Below are positions 24,210 to 39,350 of a DNA stretch of 64,000 nucleotides, one piece after another (the first letter of the stretch is position 1; each line of letters starts with the position of its first letter). A model generated the notes under the pieces. The model was not told the DNA's origin, did not search any database, and saw only the letters and a list, made by a program, of their open reading frames with translations. This DNA is from Octopus vulgaris. Lineage: Eukaryota. Position numbers and translations under genes: made by a program. The stretch spans positions 16,058,001-16,122,000 of the forward strand of contig OX597814.1 in assembly GCA_951406725.2 (NCBI GenBank). The letters run 5' to 3'.

Positions 24210-24430
24210 GGTGTGTGTTTGTGTGTCTGTGTTTGTCCCCCTAGCATTGCTTGACAACCGATGCTGGTGTGTTTACATCCCCGTCACTTAACGGTTCGGC
24301 AAAAGAGACCGATAGAATAAGTACTGGGCTTACAAAGAATAAGTCCCGGGGTCGATTTGCTCGACTAAAGGCGGTGCTCCAGCATGGCGGCAGTCAAATG
24401 ACTGAAACATGTAAAAGAGAGTAAAGAGAG
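24179..24430 (+). mobile_element. 3' half of SINE family B, downstream of the PLE
   Basis: TA/TG tract, then gtgtctgtgtttgtccccctagcattgcttgacaacc...gtaaaagag, matching 2225-2454. Confidence 0.92.
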
Positions 24431-25616
24431 ACGGTACCAGGTAGAATAATAGAGACTGTTATATTTTCACAAAACCCAATACACTATATTCTTAGAAAAG
24501 TACACGCTGTATAACTTTGATGTTGGTGCCCTTCACTGGAGCATTAATCAAATTGTATTCAATGGGCTTTATCCAAAGACTGAAACAGAATCAATGTCTG
24601 ACTTTGCGATACTTCTTACAAAATCAATTAGACCAACAATTTTAGTCTAATAAAGTAGCCATGGACCCTCTATGGAAATTTCTAGCAAGTCACACTCTTT
24701 TGATATATTGATCTTCCGCATAGACATACTCACACACTTTAGCTTTTGATGAGAGAAAATGATCTAATATACCGACTACATTACTTCACTGGTACAATCT
24801 ATAATCGGCACTGGATGGATGAAGGGCAATGGATGAAGATCATAGCTTACTCTGACGTGTTTTGAACTTTTTAACATATAAGGATGTAAACGCCGATAAA
24901 AATATTTTACCAAATGTGGTGCATCAGCATGGCCGCAGCTCTGAGCTGAAACTAGAGATAAAAAAATGCTATACTGTATACCAAGCCCATGTGTAATAAA
25001 TTAATACGTTGCTTTTTCTTTATTGATCTGTGAGCAAATGTTTAGGCTATGTTCAACGCAAGTGAATTTGAAATCAGGACCGAAATGGATTATATTAAAC
25101 GCTGAAGTGCTTTTCATGTGCAGCACTCTGTTCTCTTGGGTACATAACTTCAGTGCTATCTTACTTAATGTAACAAAAATATAGCCCAAAAGCACAAACA
25201 CAAATGTGCAAGCATTCATGCTCCAAAAGTGCTCATTAGTCTAATTTTATAAAACTTTTCCATCATAACGTTTGCCAATCAGTTTTCATACAGTTTTCAT
25301 ACAGGCTGATTATGTTTAATAATTCAATTAGATCAGAGGAGGGTGAAAACGAGAAAAAAAAAGACAAAAAAATTCCAGCAAAAGAATTCAAAAATTTGTT
25401 AAACGTAATAAATGAAAAGGAAAAAAGAGCAGGTAAAAATAAAAAGTAGTAAAAAAAATAAAAATCGAATATATTGAAGATATCAGTTAATTTTTCTTTG
25501 CTTATTTTTTCATCGTTGCTTTTATAGCTGTTTTATTCATTTAGAGAATCTGGTCTTGGGCTCTCCTCAAATGATCGGCAAATTTCTCCATCGGATGATT
25601 TTCAAATATTTGTTTT

Positions 25617-25688
<72 letters not shown>

Positions 25689-26477
25689 CTCATATACACA
25701 CACACATATATTGTTTTTGGTTATTTCACCCTCCGGCGGTAAACGACCGGTAATAGGACTATCAAGAAGCGCAGATGTATCCTAATTACACCTAGAGGCA
25801 ATTGTGCTTACGTCCAATGAAGGTTGTTACATTTGTTTTCTGGATTTATAGCACTTGATATGCTTGTTTTTATGTGCTATTCTCTCCTATGCCACCTGAT
25901 TACTAATATTTTTTCCGTTTTTGATTTAACTTTGTAATTTCTTTTTTTATTGTTGTGATCATGATGAAGTATGAACATCGTTACATGACGAACAAATTAT
26001 TTCCAGGCATTTTAGTTACGTAGATTCCCGATCTTAGTTTAAATCTTGATGAAGTCAAATTGGCTTTTTATTCTACTAGCTAAAATTTGATAAATCGCCT
26101 TACCCGGGTCACTCTACTTGGCAATACTCGTCCCTAAAATTAATAGCCTTATGTCTAGAGTGCCGCAAAAGTGTGTCGCGGTATGTCTTACGGTTATTTA
26201 CATTTTGGGTTCAAATCCTGCTACGGTCAAGTTTATGTTTCATTCTTGTGGGTTTGATATGGAAAAAAAAAGTATCGACTAATCAATATCCATGTCAAAG
26301 TATCTGGATTTGAACTTCAATCAGATGCCATTATCATTGTTAACCTTTAGCACACTGCATTCTCTCTAGGATGGTCTCCCCTGCAACTGCTCTGTTACTA
26401 CAGGGAAGATAACACATATGGTGACATGATGCATGTGCTAAATGTCAATGGTGATTGTAATACTTAGTAGAACTAGT

Positions 26478-26800
26478 GAAGGCGCGTGGTTAAGTGGTTA
26501 GGGCATTCGGCTCACGATTGTAAGGTCGTGAGTTCAATTCCCGGCGACGCGCTCTGTCCTTGAGCAAGACACTTTATTTCACGTTGCCCCAGTCCTCTCA
26601 GCTGGCAATTATGAGTTGTACCTCTATTTCAAAGGCCCGGCCTTGTCACACTCTGTGTCACGCTGAATCTCCCTGAGAACTACGTTAGGAGTACACGTGT
26701 CTGTTGATTGCTGTCACTTGCACGTTAATTTCACGAGCAAGCTGTTCCGTTGATCGTTATCAGCTGGGACCCTCGTCGTTGGAACGGACGGAGTGTTCCT
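26478..26800 (+). mobile_element. SINE with head D/CORE-like region and the family-A tail
   Basis: TSD ttagtagaac at 26464-26473 and 26803-26812; the part from gttgtacc (~26615) onward aligns with the family A 3' half. Confidence 0.85.
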
Positions 26801-27390
26801 AATTAGTAGAACCAAAGAAACACAGTAATGAATATTATGTTTCATATGTATATATTACGTTACCTTTTGGGGTTAAACAAGCTAAAATTGAATTCATGAA
26901 AGAGTAAAATTATAATTTATTCAAATAGGTGTGGGATAGGAAAACAAGCTTTATGAAAGCGAAAAGAAAGAGTGATTAGAGTAAGGAAATATGTGTTGGG
27001 ACAAATTTTAAAATTGATGAAAAAGCATACAAATGATACTCTCTTCAGCAATCTCTCTTTTTTATTCCTGAGTCAAATTTCTATTAAGGTATACTTTGCT
27101 TTTCATCCTTGAACTGTCAATACAATAAGAATAAGTACTATAGCACTCGACTCCTTTCTTCATTATATCTCCCAACGTGAAAGCAATTATTAGTATTTAT
27201 TAGTATTTATCTTATTTTCATTCTGACTCAGTCATACTTCTGTCTCTTGGGAGGTCTGCTAAGGTTACTAACGCTCATACGTGAGATTGATTGAATGATT
27301 TCTAAAACTCTCAGACTTTTCTGAATAAATTCTCTTTCTCCTCTCCTCATCGTCGTTATCATCGTCGTCATCATCATCATCATCATCATT

Positions 27391-27434
<44 letters not shown>

Positions 27435-28361
27435 TAACTCCTCTGTCACTTATACCGCGATTTGCAGCTAGTTCCATTATTACTTATTGCTCAGAGCCAA
27501 CGTAGGGAAGTGTTTTCTGTTCTTCCATCCACTAGATATAATAAGAAAATATCTTTCTCTCTTATTCTTCTTCTGTCTATTCCTTCTTAAAAAGAGAACC
27601 AGCACGAATAGCTCTGGGTATGCACTGAGACGGTCAAGAGTGGAACGTCGCCTCGTCCATAAGAAAGCTTACTTTTGGAGCAAGGCTTCAACAACCACCA
27701 ATGAATCTTTTTATCAACCGCGCTTCTCAAATCTCCGAATTTTCATAATGCTCCTCATCATAATCTCCACGTCTTCTTCTTCTTCTTCTTCTTCTTCTTC
27801 TTCTTCTTCTTCTTCTTCTTCTTCTTCTTCTTCTTCTTCTTCTTCTTCTTCTTCTTCTTCTCATCATCATCATAAACATCGTTATCAAAATTATCATGAC
27901 TACTGTTAAATTTATCGCTATTGGTATTATTTTGATATCTTTATTAGTATGTTTGTATGCCCTTTTATATTGTGTTCCTTGTAATTTACAGCGAATCATT
28001 ATAACCAAACTTATGCATGATTTATATTTGTAGCTAATAAAAACGAAAAAGTTTGGCTCCTATATATAGGAGCCAAAATTTCTTTCAAACTGCACCAATG
28101 ATATGTTAAGAAAAACAACACTTAACACAATCTAAGGTACACAATGCCTCTATAAAGGTGTGAAAACATATTATTGTATCAGAGATCTGTTCATTCAGAT
28201 CTTACCTGGGGCAATAACAATAATAGGAGCAATAGCAACAACATCGGTAATAGACTGATTTTTCGGGCTGTCTATAATTCAAGTCAATAGTATATAATAT
28301 AGCATTACTTAAAATCACTGAGAAGCTAAAACCAAAACGAGGAAGCTACCACGTACAAAGG

Positions 28362-28677
28362 AGAGGTGCAATGGCCCAATGGTTAGGGCAGCGGACTCGC
28401 GGTCGGAGGATTGTGGTTTCGATTCCCAGACCGGGCCTTGTGTGTGTTTATTGAGCGAAAACACCTAAAGCTCCACGACGCTCCGGCAGATGTTGGGGCG
28501 ACCCCTGTTGTACTCTTTCGCCTCAACTTTCTCTCACTCTTTCTTCTCGTTTCTTGAGTAACGTTGCGAAGGACTGGCGTCCCGTCCAGCTGGTGGGGGG
28601 GGACACATACGCCGTAGAAACCAAGAAACCGGGCCCATGATCCTGGCTAGGCTTAAAAAGGGCACATAAATAAATAA
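28362..28677 (+). mobile_element. SINE with the family-A head and a different, Meta-domain-like tail
   Basis: Head matches family A up to ...gtttct (~28555), then gcgaaggactggcgtcccgtccag...agaaaccggg and (TAAA)n; imperfect TSD acca(c/t)gtaca. Confidence 0.85.
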
Positions 28678-29772
28678 ACCATGTACACGTCATTACATCA
28701 GCGTTATAAAAATTCTATAACTACTGCTAGTATCACAAGAAATTGTTTCAGCAACAAAACGCTACAAAATGCTCCTGAACAATAGCCAATCTAAATTTAA
28801 AGCAGCGAGGACATTGCAGTCCGGAATAGTAGGTTGTGGAAGGACTAATATATTCGTACCTTGATACGTTCCCACAACATCTCATCACAAGTCGCGAACT
28901 TAGGACAGAAAATTCCAGTACTTAGTTGGCAAAAATATTAAAACAAGTCTTCTAGAATTTGCCTTCTCTGCCCGGGATTTTAAAGGTAGAACGCACATTT
29001 ACATTATGTCCCTTTCGTCATCTATTTGGACACACAAATGCTAGTACACCCTTAAAATAGTGGTAATTGCTCATTTCTGAATGATTTTGTATTTCTCTTC
29101 ATTAGGAAACGTAAACTTTATATATACTATAATACTAGAGTTGTTAGCGTGTGATATTTAACACGTATCTACAACAAATCTGGTAACATTTCAACGGAGA
29201 AAATTGTTAAGTAGATTAACGACATATGTGAATGTCAGTGGATGAACATGTTGATTAATTGATGGAAAATGAACGTTATGAGAGCTGGCAGTTGATAGTG
29301 AGAACAATCTTGCCGACGGATATGTTCCCATCGTTGAATAAAGAGGGAAAATGATTTTAGTAAAGAGAGAAAAAGTAATGCTTCGATCTTGCCAAAGCAT
29401 TAGCGCATAACAGCGTCAGGTAATTAATTTCTAGCAATTGGCAGAAGTACGGATACATTGATGGTTGCATCATCTAGGAAATGCGGAAGAATTATGATGT
29501 AAGTTGTGAGTGTTGTGTGCGTAATAACACTATAAAACGGAGTTATAGTATTACCGCTATATCAGAGTGATAGGGTGGCCAAATGCGTGGAAGTAAACGC
29601 AGACGTAACTCCTCAAAAGTATAACCATCATGTTGTTGAAGGAAGGGATATAAATATATTTACTTTACTCCGGTTCTACAGCACTTGTTTGGAAATATAG
29701 CATAGGTGATTTTGGCGGTCTATCATTGGGTATTATAATTTATGCATTTAGGAATGCGTTATAATAATATAT

Positions 29773-30153
29773 ACTCTTTACTCTTTTACTCTTTTACTTG
29801 TTTCAGTCATTTGACTGCAGCCATGCTGGAGCACCGCCTTTAGTCGAGCAATTCGACCCCGGGACTTATTCTTTGTAAGCCCAGTACTTATTCTATCGGT
29901 CTCTTTTGCCGAACCGCTAAGTGACAGGGACGTAAGCACATCAGCATCGGTCGTCAAGCGATGGTGGGAGGGACAAACACAAACACACAAACACACACAG
30001 GCATATACATATACATACATATATACGACGGGCTTCTTTCAGTTTCCGTCTACCAAATCCACTCACAAGGCATTGGTCGGCCACGCAGTGGGACTGAACC
30101 CGGAACCATGTGGCTGGTTAGCAAGCTACTTACCACACGGCCACTCCTGCGCC
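29773..30153 (-). mobile_element. SINE family B with ~35-bp internal deletion
   Basis: Reverse complement of 2048-2454; tataata on both flanks. Confidence 0.92.
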
Positions 30154-30688
30154 TATAATATGCATATTTCAATTTAAAATCTGAAAGCAGAAATCGAATA
30201 TTGCGTGACATTTTCCTGATTTGGAAGATGTTTTGTATATGCTACCATTTCTATTGATGACCCTCATATGAAAGATGGCGTATAAGTTCCATTTTGGGTA
30301 TTCCTGAGGTTTGAGATTCCCCGAATTGAACTATGTGGAATCGTCTTTTAAGGAGCGTATGCTTAAAAAAGAAAAAAAAAAGACAAAAGTTCAATATTTG
30401 CTTCATTGTTTGAAGCAGATATTGTACCGGAAATGCTTACAAATATATTTACCACCGATGTTGCATCACCTAAATTTTGTAAGTTAATGTGATCATACTT
30501 TTAGTATTTTCTGCATCTTACGTCGATGATTCAGCCCATGTATACATAACACACACTTACACTCATATATACATGCACACACACATGCACATACAAACAC
30601 TCACCCAGACATGCGTGCGTTCACATACATACGCATACACATGTACCTATCAATCTATCGATTTAGCAATCTCCCTCCTCTCTCTCTC

Positions 30689-30783
<95 letters not shown>

Positions 30784-30909
30784 GCACGCACACACACAGT
30801 GTATATTCGGTTTATATTTACCAGTTTGCATTAAAGGAAAAGAAAACGCAAAATATCCAATCCAAGTTTAAAAGAATTTTAAAGCAAATTAATAATAATA
30901 ATGATGATG

Positions 30910-31960
<1,051 letters not shown>

Positions 31961-32029
31961 AATAATAATAATAATAAATGATAAATAATGAATATCGAAC
32001 AGATTACCGCTGGTAGATAACAGTTTACT

Positions 32030-32540
32030 CGAAGTGGCCACCTCAAGACGACTCCGAAATTTGGGCCATGCGCTCCTCATAGGTTTCCCAGGAAGATCGA
32101 GCATCTTCATTTTGACCACCATTTCAAACCTTGTTCGTAAAGCGGTTGGCGTCTTTCTCAACCGCACCCTACACAGAATAATCCATAGGATGACCATCAG
32201 GTGTATAAAGATGTCAGAAATTGGGGCAAGTGAAATCGTAGAAATTCTCTGTGAACCACTTCTGACACTTTTCGGGTGTAAGACAAGGAGTCGAAAGCTG
32301 AGGCAACATATATGGCTTTTCAGCAGCAACGCTCTTAGGCCCAGGTAGAACCACAATCTTCAGCAGCTTTACAAAGCCGTCTGAACTGCATCTAAGGCCC
32401 TGTTAATCAATTGTTGGATGAACTCCAGCGAGGAGACGCAGTCAGAAGGTCAGCTGTGTCTCTTATTGTTGACCAAAGCTGTGTAGTTTCCGGTTAATCT
32501 GTCCCTGTCACGAATTACAGCTTTAGAGTGTTCCCCGATC
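32030..32540 (-). pseudogene. Tc1/mariner (maT/DD37D-like) transposase C-terminal remnant
   Basis: Minus-frame translation STPCLTPEKCQKWFTENFYDFTCPNF*HLYTPDGHPMDYSV*GAVEKDANR, a decayed WPP.SPDLNP.DY.VWG motif. Confidence 0.75.
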
Positions 32541-32599
32541 ATTGAGTAGGAGCCATGATATCAATATTTTGATACCCGGCGCGCGTCGTTATGATACAG

Positions 32600-32821
32600 C
32601 TGGCAGAAACGTTAGCACGCCGGGCGAAATGCTTAGCGGTATTGCGTCTGTCGTTGCGTTCTGAGTTCAAATTCTGCCGAGGTCGACTTTGCCTTTCATC
32701 CTTTCGGGGTCGATAAATTAAGTACCAGTTACGCACTGGGGTCGATGTAATCGACTTAATCCGTTTGTCTGTCCTTGTTTGTCTCCTCTATGTTTAGCCC
32801 CTTGTGGGCAATAAAGAAACA
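32600..32821 (+). mobile_element. SINE family C (Nin/Deu-domain-like)
   Basis: gccgaggtcgactttgcctttcatcctttcggggtcgataaattaagtaccag core; TSD gttatgatacag at 32588-32599 and 32822-32833. Confidence 0.92.
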
Positions 32822-33522
32822 GTTATGATACAGGTAACTCTTTTATAATATTCTGATAGTTTCCAATACACCATGTCAACTAACTTTTTCTCAACTTCAA
32901 CTTTAACCATTATGCTTTCCAACAACGTTGAGTGTTCACCAATACATCAAACTGTTCCCGAAGAAAAAAATGTAAATAATTGTCAAATTTAGCCTAAACA
33001 CCGAGTATATATATATATGTATAGCATACGCATATAGTCTCATATGCACAATCCTCGTCTCTAAAACGCTGACAAAAGAGATTGCTCAATATTGGAATTA
33101 TAGAATTCTGTATGGTGTGCCATAGAATCTGTATTCAATTCCCACTTCAATCTACGGTTAACTTAAATTTATACATTTTCTGAAGTCAGAGCAATAAAAT
33201 ATCTAGATTTTCTTTGCCTGAAAATGCTATTGTACATAGCTAAGAAATCCAGTAATATCACAAAAGTGAGAGCAATATTTTTTTACGCCAAATCACTTAC
33301 AAAATCACGAATAAGATATAAAATTTTCAATTTCTAGTCTGGTGTTTTTTTTTAAATTTCAAATCTTCTAGAATTTGTTTTGTTTTAATTCAAATAGAGT
33401 GGATGAAATTATTTCCAATTGTGTAATGGGGACATTTTCGAAGACACGAATTTCTAAACAGTTCTCTCCGAAACCCTACCGTATTTGATCTATATATCTA
33501 TCTATCTATCAATCTATCTATG

Positions 33523-33598
<76 letters not shown>

Positions 33599-33638
33599 AA
33601 TGAATTAATCAATCTATGTATGTATGTATCTGTCTATC

Positions 33639-33676
<38 letters not shown>

Positions 33677-33895
33677 CATTTGATATATCTATCTATCAAT
33701 CAGTCAATCTATGTATATGTCTATATATATATGTGTATATATATATATACATATATACATTGACACATGCATACGCAGAAGTGCGTGTAAACATACATAG
33801 AAAAAAATATCATTTACAATAACAGAAAATCAGTCACAAATTTATATAAATACACACATACGCACGCACGCAATCACACCCACACACAGACACAC

Positions 33896-33930
<35 letters not shown>

Positions 33931-34389
33931 TAACTCTGTATGCAGTGTATGTGTACCCACAGGCTCACACACGCATCCAAACGCGTGTGTGTGAGCCTGA
34001 GTGTGTATGTGTCTAAGAACGAGTGTTTCCATTCATGCATATATATGCGTGAGCATGTAACTAACGCTGTCTATCACGATATCTAAAGAAGAGTTACTAT
34101 TTCAACTATGTTGCTTCTACTGTCACCAGCATTTTACATAGTTTATGTATAACTGCAAAATTCTTAATTTCTTGGAATAGCCATCGTCATAATTCTCTTA
34201 GGCAGATGCACATTCCAATGTTATTTGAATAGCATATTCCTTTCCGAAAGGAAACACTTTCATCAACATTGACTACCACCTGCCTGTCATCCATAGAACG
34301 TAAGTTTACGCGCCTGCCCTTCGTTTTTTCTTCCATTTAAATTATCATGATAAATCGGCATTAATATTTCGGTTCACGACAAAGTATTT

Positions 34390-34547
<158 letters not shown>

Positions 34548-35034
34548 ACTGTTTTTCAATGTGTTCTAAAGTTTATACTGGCAGGCCTGCATTCTGTTTT
34601 CCTGTTGTATCTGGCTTACATGTTGCCTGTTGGTTCAATATCAATCACATCATATACATCATATTTCCCTCTCTCGTCTGTTTTTTGATGTATGTAAGCA
34701 TGTATGTGTGTGTGTGTATATATATGTACATATACACACACGTACACACAGACATACACACACATACACACGCACGCATGCACGCACACACACATACAGA
34801 CATATAGTTCAAATTTACAGGTGTGAGAAGAACTGGTAGCTCTATTATCTTAATGCACGGGAAAATGGAAAAGTATTTTATGTTTCGAGTGTACGCTCTT
34901 GCACAGCAAAGATTGAGGAGAAAAAATGAATGAGAGAGAATGAAAAGAAGAAAAAACCGAGAGCAAAAATATGTGCAGGGTTCAACTGTCCAACATGGTA
35001 AAATGACTGGAAAAAGAAGTTGAGTGCAAAGGAG

Positions 35035-35101
<67 letters not shown>

Positions 35102-35125
35102 TAATAATGATAGGAATAATAATAA

Positions 35126-36732
35126 CTAGCAGCATAGCCCGGTGTTGCCCGGGTATGTAAGAAACTTTGTCGATAAGCAATGCCCTTTACCCTTTTACCC
35201 TTTTTTGTACTCATTGAGCCGTTATTTTCTAAAATGAAGCCTAAAAGGCATTAAGGCATTCAAGGCACCGTTCCCTTGCATGCATGGAGAAAATCTATGA
35301 CAGTCAAAGTGCATTTTCTGATTTTGTTTAGCTGGCACACCCAACCCAGTTACGTGGTGTAAGTATCCCAAAATGTATAAAAATGTACAAAAACGGAAAA
35401 AAAGCAGGCAGCAATGTGAGTGACAACAACGAAAAAGTGAAAAGTGACCAAACTGAACAAACGAATGGAAAAGGTTTTTTGGTGCACACGACAAAAGCGG
35501 CTTATAATAAACCAAGAGTTTGCAAGTAGCGTCCGAGCACCCTTAGGGTACGTCAAAAATTGAAGGTAAAACGTTTGGGGTGGTAGTTATAAAGAAAGTT
35601 TAAATAAAAAAAAGTATTCGAAATACTTGCGGCTGCAGCAGCGATTAGCAGAAATAGGCCAACGTGTGAAGCGAGCGGGTGTGAACCGAGAGAAGAAGTG
35701 GGAGTCACAAACTCTACGCGCACAACTGAGTGTGTCAGTGCATGTGATTGGCCAAAGAGTGTTTAATTGAGAGCATTGTACACCGTTTGGGGAGCCAATG
35801 GGAAGAGCTGCAATCATCGTGTCAAGGAAACGCGCGCACGTGCGCACACAACCGCAAACGCATCTACAGACCAACATTGCTCGGATTTGAAGCAAAAGGA
35901 AAACATGTGCCATTTCTAGTAACCTTTATGATAAAAGCGGCAAAAATCGACTAAATCACCTGAAATCCGCCAACTATTTAACAAAATTCAGTTTTGTAGG
36001 GTTCGCATGGTTAGTCTCAAAGTGATATGGTTTTGTCAATTTCTCCCAATACTCATTAACTGCATTGACAAGAGGTCGTTAATTTGACATTTAATGCAAA
36101 CTTGATGTCCAACATCGGTGTAGGGAAAATCTATGTGAACTTTCAAAAAATATCGCAGAAAAATCGGTTTGCTATGTGTGCCACATATGATGTAATTAAC
36201 CGATTTTTTCCAGTAATAACGTATCCTATTGGAATCAAAAGGGCCATATAGCTCCTTGGAGCAGACATGATGCCCGCTGTAAATTTCAAAAAATATTCCT
36301 GCCAATTTGTTAAAGATATTGTCGAAAATATGTCATCTTGAATTTGAACGTGATTTCCCAAAATGGCATGATTTTATCGATTTTTCCTGATGGTAAGGTA
36401 TTGCATGGAAACGTAACGTCAGAACTAAGTTCCTTAGGGTAACATTAAGCTTCACCATGAGTTTGGTGAAAATCAATTGCAAGTTGCGAAAACTACAACG
36501 GAAAATGTGTTGCATATGATAAGCTTAGATTCTCGACCCCATGTCGAATTTATCAATTTTTTTCAGAACTGGGGGAACTTTTCAAAATTTTCGCTGCGTT
36601 AGTTTTGAATTATGACATTGGGCTATGTGTGTGTCACGGTTCATCAGAATCGGTTGAAAGCCGTGGTCAGGGTGAGGGTACAACCTGACAGACACACAGA
36701 CAGACAGACGAACTGCCTTTTATATATATAGA
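35126..36732 (-). mobile_element. Non-autonomous Helitron
   Basis: On the minus strand: 5' TCTATATATATAAAA, (GTCT)n, 3' hairpin CCCGGGCAACACCGGG followed by CTAG|T. Confidence 0.85.
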
Positions 36733-37276
36733 GTTTTTAGTACCGGTTTCAGTCATTGAGACTTTTTCAACTGTAACAATTAAATAATTAAATTTAGAAA
36801 AATTAAAAGAAAAGTTTTTAAAAATAATATTTGTATAGTGTTCAAATACAAGTGGCATTTTCCTTATTTCTCCCTGTCTCTGTCTCTTTTATTTACTCTT
36901 GTGGGTTCAAGATCGTTGTGAATTCTTGGTAGGGAAGAAGAAGAAGAAGAAGAAGAAGAAGAAGAAGAAGAAGAAGAAGAAGAAGAAGAAGGAGGAGGAG
37001 GAGAAGGAGAAAGGAAGAAGAAGAAGAAGAAGAAGAAGAAGAAGAAGAAGAAGAAGAAGAAGAAGAAGAAGGGAGAATAAAAATGAATGTAAGTTGTGTG
37101 AACGTAGTAAGGTGTTAAATGGCTTAAAATTGGCACATTTACAGATATAGGGTAAAGAATTATTAATTCAATAATTAATAAATTTTAACAAATAGTTTCG
37201 GTATGGACAGAAAAAACCTATTATCGGTAAAAACTTGTACAAAAAGTTTTTTTATATATATCATCATAAATATAAT

Positions 37277-37704
<428 letters not shown>

Positions 37705-38072
37705 GGAAGTCACATCATAATTCAAACCATTAATTCTTTGATAGAATGTTAGTTATATAAGAAACGTATGCGATTGTGAATTAGGTTAAATCATGAGACC
37801 AAGCGAAAAAATATATAAGGAATTCTAAGTTAATCCACTTTTAAGAAAATCTAAAAGAAAGCCATCATTGTTTGCTCCAAATCTAGAATGGTGGTCAAGA
37901 GCTAAGAAAATATCAGGTTTCGCCTATTGACAAGGAGTAAGTAAGAGAATCAATAGAACAAAACTCAACCAAGTTTTAACACAATGAATAAGTAGACATA
38001 TAGCTGCAAGGCGTGTTAACAGAAGTAGATGTGGCTGGTGTACACATATACATGGGCACTGACGTATAGTTA

Positions 38073-38117
<45 letters not shown>

Positions 38118-38208
38118 ACAGGCGTGTGTATATGTGCATGTGTACGTCTCTCTCTCTATATATATATGTATGTATGTATATATATATATACATACATTCA
38201 TACATACA

Positions 38209-38278
<70 letters not shown>

Positions 38279-38387
38279 GTATATGTTTATATATGAGTGC
38301 ACGTGAGTGTATACCAGACTGTGTGTAAGAATGTATTTTATATTGTTTTTGTATAGATCTATTTTACCTATCTAGGTGTCTCTCCCT

Positions 38388-38480
<93 letters not shown>

Positions 38481-39067
38481 GCCATGTATATCGAGAAGTT
38501 TGTGTATGTGTGTTCATGCATGTATATGTATATATTTGGTTATGTAGGGTATGCATGTATATGTACATCTATAGGCCTACGAGTTTTCAATGAAAAACAA
38601 TATAGATAGATATGCTATAACCGACCATTCACTAAAGACTTGCGTATTTGAAGAGACAGCTGTGACATAGGTGATGATACTTCAGCGGATCTATTGTAGG
38701 AAGAAGGAATATTAGTTTACAAATGCAACACAATGGAAAATAAATAATGGGTAGAAGAATTGGCAAAGAAATCTCCCACTCCTTTTGTTACTCTCTATTT
38801 CTCCCTCTGTGATATACATATAAGCATACACATGTCCACTTACACTAACGCGCGCGCATACACAAACACATATGTATATAACGTACAGAGATATCTGTAT
38901 AATGCTATGATATAATTCTCTATAAAACGATTGTCTGGTTCCAGATTATGTACTTTGACTAAAATCCCGTAGAAGGACTCAGGCATTAAAATTCACATAT
39001 ATTTCCATTCACTTTTGCCAGTGAAAATATGCTTTGACACAAACATCTGTTTATCTAAAGGCTTCGA

Positions 39068-39240
39068 ACTGGCAGATTCATTAGTACACAGGACATTCGG
39101 TCCGTTCTTAGTTCAAATTCCGCCGAGGTCAGCTTTAAATTTTATTCTTACGGGGTTAATAAAATAAGTCAGTTGAGCATTGGGGTTAATGTGATCGACT
39201 TGCCCCTTCGAAATTGCAAGATTTGAACAAAAATTTGAGA
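39068..39240 (+). mobile_element. Diverged SINE family C
   Basis: gttcaaattccgccgaggtc...aataaaataagt...ggggttaatgtgatcgact. Confidence 0.7.
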
Positions 39241-39252
39241 CTAATATGTATC

Positions 39253-39350
<98 letters not shown>

